Shown here piece after piece: positions 54,301-64,000 of a DNA stretch of 64,000 nt. A model generated the notes under the pieces. That model saw only the letters and a list, made by a program, of their open reading frames with translations. It was not told where the DNA came from and searched no databases. The stretch is from Gnetum montanum (Eukaryota; Plantae; Gnetophyta), in assembly GCA_015680685.1 (NCBI GenBank), contig MNCI01000651.1, forward strand, positions 558,001 to 622,000, written 5' to 3'. Made by a program: the position numbers and the translations under genes. Each line of letters opens with the position of its first letter. Within the stretch, counting starts at the first letter, position 1.

Positions 54301-56600
54301 ATCAAAACTATTTTAAGAAAGGCAATGTGACAATGATGCACGAACTCTGCAACTATATGCAGATTTTCTATGATATTACTCTGCCTCCAATGTTTGAGTT
54401 CTGATGAGTTCTCAGGTGGATCTCCTTCTATCATATTATGTAGCTCAGGCTAATAGAGATCTGCTACACTCAGAGTAAAAAAATAGTAGGTGTTCCCAAT
54501 TGATTCACCATGTCAATTAGCTCTACTTTACATTTTCTCTAATAAGATGGTGTACCATGAATGGATGTACCATATCACATTAAATTATCAACAATGACAT
54601 GTGATGGAGCATTATTCAATTGTTCTCGTAGTTCTTCAATAGTTATGGGTGCATCAACAATATTTTTTAAAAAAATACAGCAATAGATTCCATTGCCTGT
54701 CTCCTAAAGATATTATAAATATAATACCTACAAATAAATCACACATCATTGTTTAAATGTTATAAAAAAACATTATGAATAATGATAATAACAAAAAAAT
54801 GGAGAATTAATATTTACCTAAATTGCTTGTGGCATCCAAATCTACCATATTTGTAGTGAATAAGATGTTTTTCATAGTTATGCAGTTTGACATCTTTAGC
54901 TCTTCACTCAAGAAAATCACATTTTCCTTCAGGAAAAAGACTTGGAAATGCCATCATAAACAATGCCATCATGTTAAACTCATTAATAGGAGAATCAAAC
55001 ATAGAAGGCTACTAAGCAACATTTTAATCTTGCAATGATGGATTATGCATCCATGCTCTTATCCAATTAATTTCCTTTCTTACAAATTCCAAGACATTAT
55101 GCAACTGATGATGTGTAACCAATAATGTTTTCTTCATCTATCTGAAGCAAAGGACCTTGAAATTACAATCTCATTTCTCCATCCTTTTTTGACAATGGAA
55201 TATAAGGAATTCTATGGAAGATGTTAACATCACCAATATCAGCAACATCATCTAATGCATGCATATCAATCTCAACATCTCGATAGTATGGATCATTTGC
55301 CCTTTTAAAAATCAAAGCTTCATAAACCCATCTCTTGTTGACAATGAAATTATACTCAGTGCCCATTTGATCTACTCTTCTCAATATCAAGAAAGGGATA
55401 TCTTTAATTCTAAGAGGAGGTCTTTTAGTAATCTGTGTGACATCCTGAGCAAAGCTAATTATGTGACCTTTATACTTGAACTATCCATCAACTACATGTG
55501 TAAATTATAAAATGGGATTGATTTTTGCAATTAACATTTCTTCAAACTTATTTAAATAGACTAAGATAGGTGGTTGAATATCAAGATCCATGTTATTTTC
55601 AACAAAAAATCATTTGATTTCACAACCAAAACTGTCAAGAATATTATCTTTGTTTTCATTAATGCACCTATTACATATGGGTCCTCTACTTCTAGTTGAA
55701 TCCAATAATATGTTAAGAAACATTTCGTTGCATACATTGCAGGAACATGGATTTGCAAAACTTCTAACTATAGTATTAAAATTGTATATTGCTTAAGCAA
55801 TTTCTATACTTTCCTTTAGCAGTCTTGGGAAAGACCAGATAGGTTTTGAAGAAGGCATTTCCATTGTTGGTGCACTGGCAACATCTGTAGCTTCATTTAT
55901 TCAATGAAATGAATTTTCCTCCCATCAACGTTGCCTCTTGCGATGCTCACTCTCACTATAATGTTGTTGTTCTTGATCTTCTTGCAATTGTTGTTCTTCT
56001 TTGTGTGTGATTTCTGGAACAAATGTTTCTTGATTAACAGGCACAGATGCATTTCTAATTTCCTGCAAAAAAATGTTTCAAAATTAAACCAAAAAATGTA
56101 CCAACTTGAGTATGGGCAAACACCAACCTACATTTCTTCTTGATTATTTACATTATTAGTATCAATAATGTGGATCATTGCATCGGATGAATTTCCAAGT
56201 GATGAGAGGGGATTTGAAGTTGACGTAGCCTAAAAAAATTATATGCAATGCAAATATGTAAATAAAATGAGAAGATTTCCCTATGATAAATATTTGTTTT
56301 AAAATATTAAAAAATTCATAAATTACATACTCCTGAATTTTGTAGAATTAGTTGTTGTTCTCATTCACATTGTTTTGCTTCTCGTTTTAGAAATCATCTT
56401 CTCTCCTCTGCAGTCATCGATTCTAGATTTTTAGTTTCTATAATCCATGGTCATCCTCTACCTCAACCATGCCCACACGCATGCCCACTGCCACAACCTC
56501 CATGAATCACATTACTTGTTGCAGTAAATGGTTGTTGTTGCTGATCTTGAAGAAAGTGGTCTTCATCTTCTCCATTGGGACTAATAGCAATAGGATCCAT
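51204..56600 (-). pseudogene. RepHel transposase (DUF6570-like N-terminus, HUH Rep, PIF1 helicase) with GT-AG introns; disrupted
   Basis: GHIISFAQD...VYEALIFKRANDPYY; FFTLSVADL; YEWQHCGSPHVHGFLW; KYITKYAAK; RDIGAMEV; QGIAGTGKS; MAPIGAATFNINATTIHS; IDEMSF; LIGDLDQPPPV; GLVNGALG; GITLDKA. Confidence 0.92.
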
Positions 56601-56894
56601 GTTTTTAAAAATGCACGAATTCTAATATTGCACCTCTTAATCTTGTAACATGATGCTTAAGTTTAATATCTATAAATACTGCATCACGCCATAACCATCA
56701 TCACCTTAATTGTCGCCATGATCGTAACCGTCACCATTTTTATTAATAACAAATATTCATTATTATCCATTGTTTATAATAAAAAATATTCAGTATTACT
56801 GTAATCATAACTGTTGATATTTATCATGTTAATAACTATTCAATATTACCCATCATTTATCATAATAAATATTCATTATTACCCTCGGGGCCTA

Positions 56895-57230
56895 CATGTG
56901 AGGGAGTACGAAGAGACACGAATGGGGAGCCCAGGGATTGAGGGTGTCAATCGAATAGAGATTCGACTCCCTTGTACTAACTCTTTGGCTTCTTGCACGT
57001 GGTGCTTGCATGTGAGAGAATACAAACAGACGAATGGGGAGCCTAGAGGTCGGGGGGTTCATAGAATAGAGATTTAGCTCCCCTACAATGACTCTTTAGC
57101 TCCCTTGCACATGGTGCGTGTGCGTGAGGGAATACAAAGAGACGAATGTGGAGCCCAAAGGTCGAGGGGTGTCAATCGAATAGAGATTTAGCTCCCCTGT
57201 AGTGACTCTTTGACTCCTTGACTTTTTAGA
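56895..57230. repeat. ~113-bp tandem repeat x3, subterminal to the Helitron 5' region
   Basis: catgtgagggagtac..gagacacgaatgggga...aatagagatt..ctcccc recurs at ~56895, 57009 and 57121. Confidence 0.85.
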
Positions 57231-57937
57231 TTCAGCTCCCTTGCAATCACTCTTTGGCTCCCCTGCACATGGCACATGACATGGACGGCGACAAAATACA
57301 CTCCCCCTAATCACATGAGACATGTTGGCCTCTCAACCAAAAAGAGAATAAATAGCATTACAATTATCAACTACTTGATATGTAGCACATAATGATTATT
57401 TTTTTTAAAAAAAACTAGTTGTAGGAAAAGAGAAAAAAAATATAAAGATATAATAAACTACAATAAAAATAAGAAGTTGTAAGAAGAAATAACAAAGGAA
57501 AAAAAATAAAACTATTTTTTAAAAATACTTATTAAAGAGAAATAATTGCTAAAATAAAAAGGCTAGTTGTAGGACAAAAGTCGTATGAATAAAAGGATAG
57601 AAAAAGTAGGAAATACATGGGTTGTTAGTTTAGTAGGTATAGGGGGATAATGCTTTTTAGGAAAAGTAAAACTGCTACTTAATAAATGTTTAAAAATAGG
57701 GAAAATGATTCAAAAAATTAATTAAAAATATAAAATATTTGAGAGGAAAATGGAAACTAAAAATATAATGAGATAATAATCATAAACTCATAACTTTTAC
57801 ATATGAGATAAAAATTTTATAAATAAAAACAAAACATTGTACAAATAATAGATTTAAAATTAGAGAAAAAAAATATTAAATTAAGTAGGATGTTAAAGCA
57901 AATTTGTAGGTTGCTTATTTTTTATTAAAATAGGTCA

Positions 57938-60350
57938 CTACTCTAAGTAGGTAAAATAGCCTTGATCTTGATTAGCATTATTAGAATGAATTCTAATTTC
58001 AAAGACTTCTCTATTTTTTCTATCTACAAAGTTATCCATTATACAAAGAACTTCACTATTATCTATTAACCACTTATGACTTCTAGAGGAGTTATCATTT
58101 TCTATATGTTTTATAAGATATGATTTTAAATATCTAATATATTGTATTTTTGTTATGTGTTTTTTCAATCTAATAGAGAAAGTTCTACCAGTTTCACTAA
58201 TATACTATGTACTACAACTACATGAGATTTTATAAATACCACTATTATTGAGAATATTCCTTTTATCTTTAAAACTAAAAAAAAAAGTTAGATATTTTAT
58301 TATAGGGTTTAAAGATTATTATAAAATCATGTTTTTTAAAAACTCTAGCTATTTTCTTAAGAATAACTTTGATGTAGGGAATGTTGATGAGTTTTTATTT
58401 GAAAGAGAATTATTATTTCCTAGATTTTCTTAGTATTTATATTAGAAGGAATGTCTATTTTATTTAGCTAAAAATGAATCAATTTTAACCATACTTAAGT
58501 AATAGTCTTTTTATCAAATTTATTGAGTTTAAAGATAATGTTCAAATGATTAGCCTTTTTATGGAAAGAAATTCTGTTACAAATATTGAGAGCTCTAATC
58601 ATTAAGAAGAAAAGGATAGGAAGTTTTTGACTAAAAGGATGATAAAAAAGACCATCCAAATATCAATCAATATGTGTCTTTTTTCTAGAGACTTCACATG
58701 AAATTCTAAATTTATTATTTGATTTTTTCTTTCTTACAATGTTAACATATAAGAAAGGCAATCAATTGTGTTTTTCTAGTTCCATAGCAAATTGGATGTT
58801 GGAATCTATTTTATTAAGAAGTTTATAAAAATCTTGAGGATTTTCTAAACTATAAGGCCAACAAACATTAGTATCATATACATATCTTATCCAATGTTTA
58901 GGTTTCAAAGGAAAAGAATTAATGATAAGTTCAAAATTTTCCATGTATAAATTAGTAGTCAAAGGAGACAAAGGTGAACCCATAGCAACACCTTTGTTTA
59001 TTCATAAAACTCATTATTATATTTAAAATAGGTAGTTTCTAAATAAAGCTTAATAAGAAAGCATACATTATTATCTAAATTAAACTTATAAATCACATTC
59101 ATTGCTTTATCTAAAGGAATCATAGTATATAAAGAAACAACATCAAAATTAACTAAAATATCATTTTCATCAATATGAGAATTCTTTATAAAATTAGAAA
59201 AATGTTTAAAGTTTTTAATAAAAGATGAAATCTTACAAGTGAAAGGAGCAAAGTGATTAGCTAAGTATTTAGCAAGCAAATAAGTAGTAGAGTTATTAGT
59301 ATCAACAATAAGATAAAGAGGAGCATTTTTCTTATGAATCATAGGTAGACCATAAATATGATGAATAGAGCAATTAGAAGATACTAATGAGTTCTTAGTT
59401 TCATCACGTAAATTTTAATTTAATATAGCATCTTTGATTTTTAAAAAAATATATTTAAGAGTAGGTTCTTTAAATAATTTTTCATAACTACCACATGATA
59501 AATGTTCTAGCATTTTCTTTTGATAATTTGTTTTATTCATACTAACTATAGCATTACCTTTATCTATCCTAGTAATAACAATATTTTCATTATTTTTAAT
59601 TATTAAAAAATAAAAAAATTCACTTTAGGTATATTACATTTAGAAATTTTAGAGTATTTTAAAACTTTTGCATAATCTTGAATAATATTTTCTGCAATTT
59701 CATCATTAAAGCCTTTAGGTAATTTTTCTATAACAATAATAATATCTTCAAAAGGAATTCTCCTATGAGTAATAGCAAACTTTAAATCTCTACTTAAAAC
59801 ATTTAAAGTATTATCAACAATAATAACAAAAGATAAATTACTAATAATTTTCTCTAGTTTAATGTGGTTTTTAGTGTGATCTATGTTATCTAGAGCCAAC
59901 TGCAAACTTTTATCAAAATCATGATTTTTTAGTTCATCGAAATCAAAAATATTTTCTATAAAAGAAAGAAAATTAGACTTATTATTTTTCAATTTTTCAA
60001 TGAGGAAAACTCTTTTTAGAAAACTTATTTTTTCCTTCCAGGTGAAAAAAATATTTGTGATGAGGATTAGTTAGAAAATTTGATGCTTAGATTAGAATTT
60101 TAGATATTTTCTAGTATTTATTTATGTTGAAAAGTTTGATAAATTTTTCTACGCTATAATGTTTAATACATATTTTATACTTTATAATGTCCTATGGTTG
60201 GTAGTGTGAACCTTGTACTTGCTTATCTACACTGTAGATCCAATTTTATGTTTCTATTAATTAAGTTGGTGGATGACAATGTTAATTTGAAATTTAATAT
60301 TTGGATAATCTTTTTAGAATGATAATGGCTTGATGCCTTGTTTTTATTTT
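57938..60350 (-). mobile_element. Penelope-like element (RT + C-terminal GIY-YIG endonuclease), decayed and extremely AT-rich
   Basis: HIYGLPMIHK; LVNFDVVSLYTMIP; GVAMGSPLSP; WIRYVYD; LPFLYV; NSGIYKISCSCST*YISETGRTFSIRLKKH; REVFEI...NQDQG. Confidence 0.9.
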
Positions 60351-61461
60351 GGATATTATACTGTGTATTCTATTGTTATAATATAATTTGGTTAGTGTAT
60401 ATTTTGGCTTAGGCATTAGGGGTTATGAACTGTTATTAGTAAATAAGTTAGGTTTTATGCACAAGGAGCTATTGGCATTACAATTTTATATTTAATTTAT
60501 TTCGTGATATTTGTGCCCCTCTACACCTATCTCATGGATTCCTAATATTTTTCCTACCTCTTGGCATCCTTTTGATTTTTAAGAATTTGTGATTATTTCC
60601 TAAGTAATACATTTCTAGCCTAAGCCTAGGTTAGTGGGGTGTTACACTAAAGAGCCATGATAATCACCAAGTATTACAAGAAATCCTTCTTCCTTCATTC
60701 ATAAGAAAATAATGAGGGAAATTTACCACCATGAAATCCTTAAGAGCGCTTAGAAAAATATTTTTTTTCTTAAATAATTTGAAAATTATCCCCATTTGAG
60801 TAAAATAGCTATCCACCATGTTAACCATAAAATGCTAAGGTTCCTTCAACATGGCCCAAGGAACATAGCCAAATTTGATCTTAGAAATTCCATCAAGGAA
60901 GAAAGTAACCACACGCTCAAGGTTATAATGTTCAAATAAAAACTAGATTTTTCCATTTGGCATTTGAAGATAGTTTACCATGGCACCTTGGGTAAGAGAA
61001 TTTAGATCCCTTAAAAAATTAGTCTTATTATCTTTTCATTTTTAGAAGAATTCTTGTGTCTATACAATGGCATCACTAGAATGATCCTAAGTAATCTATA
61101 CCACTAAAGTTTATGCAAAAACATACAAATATCACTGTATCTTCATACATGAAAATCAAATCAAGCCCAATGGTTAGGAATTTTTCCATGCTTGATTTGA
61201 GTTAAAGTATAAGACATGAAGCAAAGTTTGTAATTAAAGCCAAAGGCTACAAATTGGAATGTTGAAATAAGATTCTATTCCTAGGTTTTCAAAGAGACCA
61301 AAAGATCATCAAAATGTGAAGGTTAATCTGTAGAATGATATCAACATTGTAGGAGGCGATTGCATCAACAAAAAAACTCAAGTTTTGGAAGTGTGTTGAA
61401 CATAAAGACAATCCCTAAGGATATGCCAAGCATCCTTAATGAATTGTTTCTTAATAAGCCT

Positions 61462-62267
61462 TGATATTGAAGCACAAGTTGTATTATCAAATATCTGATA
61501 TCACGAGATGTGTGCCTGCCTATAAATACAATACTTGGATGCACAATTCATCCCACTCCATTCCATAGTTATTAGCGAAGCTCTTACAGTTTGTTTTCTG
61601 TAAAGTTAGAATATCTTCTGAGTGCCCATAGTAGGAGTTAAAGAGTGTACAGATCTTTATTCTGATGTACTTGAGCATCCTAGTGTGAACATCAATAAAG
61701 AAGATCTTTCTGGTCAAACCTTGTAGCATTTAGAATAGATTAATGTTTCCTTATGCATTTAATATTCATGCACATTATTTTAATGAATTTAAATCAAGTA
61801 ATTAATACAGACTAAATAGCAAACATAAGTACGACCACTTTGATCATACGTTTAAAACTTGGTAATCCTAGTAGTGCTTAACACTTGGTAACCCAGTAGC
61901 GCTTAACACTTGATAACCCAATGGCGCTATAACATGTTCAGGATGTCTATGGAAAGGAGGAACAAATGCTTATGTTAAGATTAGTTATTCATTAGATTAA
62001 TTAAATTAGTTAAACATTTATTACCTTATTTTTAGCACTTAGGCGATTAAATCATACAACATAAAATGATAAAAATTATATGCCTCAGTTATACTTAACC
62101 ATACACTTGCGCTTCATAAGTGAAACTAAGAAAACGATTGCAATGACTAGATTCACCTCCTAGAACCCAATGTACTTAAAGAGCTAAAGTCTATGGATTC
62201 GACCGAATCACTTAGTGGACATTAGTGATTTGTATGGTTGGGTGTAGGGTATACTCATCACTCATCA
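61462..62267 (+). repeat. Solo LTR, Athila-like family
   Basis: TGAT...CTCATCA with ctataaata at ~61520. Flanks agcct/atcct (1 mismatch). Confidence 0.72.
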
Positions 62268-62714
62268 ATCCTCTTGTAGATTTTCACATGTTAAGCATGC
62301 ACTAAAAGTCCTCCCCAACATGTGAAGCAATAAAATGATGGGTGGAATAACCTTGCATAATGTCAACCAAAAGAAGTGTTTAATTTTCTTAGGAAAAATT
62401 TCTTTCCAAATATTACAGTAGATCTATTGCCCCATGTACATTCTCTATAATAAATTAATGATATCTCATTTTCCAAATTTCACCTATGGGAAAATATCCA
62501 TGAATGCATAATAACAAAGTTGAATACTTGTGACTTCTTGTGAGATGACCCTAATGTGATACCCATAAACTATGTGTTCATTTGCTTTTTCAAATATGCA
62601 TATCCTCTATTTTAAATGAACTTTATGATGTTGCACATGACTATTTTTTGGTGTTTGGTTTTGATGCCCTATAGGAATGCCTAGAGCTTTTTGATTAGTC
62701 TAAGTGTTCATTTG

Positions 62715-63589
62715 TGATGAGCAGTGAGGTACCCCTATGCCCAACCATATGAATCACAAGTGTTCATGCATGATACAGTTGACTTCCATGGATGGGACTA
62801 GTTGTGCATCCAAATCATTATGCTTTGATTATAGTTCACTGTCTTCCCACTTGGACTAGTGATAGCTTTGTCACGTATGGTTTAGTCGAAAGTGAGGCAT
62901 GTGATGTTGTCTAATCCTATGCTGCTCCTAATGACAATAAAGAGATAAATTAATTAAGATAATGAACAATGGAAAGTAAAACCTAAACTAGCCTACATGC
63001 GATGAATATTCATTCCTAATTGTCCACACACACCTTGGACTTCGTGTAACCACCCCTAGAATCACCAAGTGCACGTCACTAGGTTTGCCGAACAATACAC
63101 TGCTAGGTTACCAAGTAATTATACTTAAGTGCTCCTGACTAGACATACTCATTCTGCTTAATGACAGGAATCATAAAGAGCAATAAATGGAAATATTAAC
63201 TAAGGAAAACAATAAATAATTAAAAAATTTAAACAATTGAAAGCAATAGTAATCTAAGTGGATGCTGTAATGATGGAAGTAATCACGATCTTTATTTCCA
63301 GTCATGTAACATGTCCAAGTACGTCACACTCAAATAAGAATGTCGTATAATCACAAACATCATAGTGCGGGCATGCACTGGGAATAATAAAATTGGAAAT
63401 TAACAATATATGATAACGCTAACTGAAATATGAAACTAAGCTATATCCCAACCATGCATCCAAGTGTTGTATTTATAGGTTGGCATGAAGGAAATGAGAT
63501 TGGATAACCAACATCATTTCTTGGGACCCGATATCAGATACCTAATATTGAGGCTCCAATATCGGAGCTAGCAAAATCATAACTCATCA
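62715..63589 (-). repeat. Solo LTR, Athila-like family
   Basis: tgatgagcagtgaggtacccc... similar to the LTRs at 22310 and 33037; ends ctcatca. Flanks atttg/atttt. Confidence 0.85.
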
Positions 63590-64000
63590 ATTTTTTTTGC
63601 TGAAGGATCTTCTACCCTCTGTGATGATACTACTATTGTAATTGCTAATTTGGGGGTTTACCTCTCTTATTACATAAATCACTAAACTTTCCCTCTTTAA
63701 AAAAGTAATTTCCTTAATGACCTCAAGGTGTAGGCTTTTTGTCATCATACTAGCAAGTGTGGTGATTGAAAGTCAAAATATCACTATAATTGGAATTAAT
63801 AATTTCTTCCTACTAACTACTCCCCTTATTAACATATGACACAAGACAAGCAAGTTAGTAAGAAGACAAAAAAAAAAGTGAGAAGAATTTAATGATAATG
63901 CTTTTTTGAATTTCTGGTTCCTTCTTAGCTTAGCCTTTTCACAATCTTATTTCAATCTTATAGATTGTTATATGATTTATGATAGACTATTCCATAAAAT

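Larger units (their letters stand above)
49697..57400 (-). mobile_element. Helitron-superfamily rolling-circle element (Helitron2/Helentron-type); termini approximate
   Basis: Rep + PIF1 helicase gene, subterminal repeats and a candidate CTAG|T 3' end at 49697. The 5' end is unresolved. Confidence 0.8.

Noticed and set aside
60055-60085. Hammerhead-like tgatgag...gaaa near the Penelope 5' region
   Set aside because: The core C is missing, there are no convincing stems and it lies on the strand opposite the ORF.
60640-61450. Possible further gag remnant on the minus strand
   Set aside because: Only vague motifs (ERVVTFFLDGI); too decayed to call.

Overview
AT-rich, strongly CpG/CHG-depleted, gene-free plant heterochromatin; the element mix is suggestive of a large-genome gymnosperm (inference). 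No intact host gene was found, and the window is a pile of degenerate, nested transposons. From left to right: (1) an Athila-like Ty3/Gypsy element (-; 1-7440). (2) An Ogre/Tat-like gag-protease remnant (-; ~8.3-13.7 kb). (3) A four-level nest: gag remnant > Met-PBS LTR element carrying an RNase H-like fragment (18311-34170) > pol-less Athila-like element with TSD ATAAT (22310-34057) > ~5 kb non-autonomous LTR element (26341-31292) carrying a 5S rRNA-derived Pol III promoter fragment and an intronless CCR4-type deadenylase pseudogene. (4) A Sirevirus-like Copia element with TSD TCATT (37547-48038) containing an inverted gag+env-like, pol-less relative. (5) An intron-containing Helitron2/Helentron-type Rep-helicase element (-; ~49.7-57.4 kb) with a triplicated 3' end and a ~440 bp terminal hairpin. 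(6) A Penelope-like RT+GIY-YIG element (-; ~57.9-60.4 kb) and solo LTRs. Two perfect inverted repeats abut single-N gaps and look like assembly artefacts. All domain calls come from motifs read by eye, not database searches.
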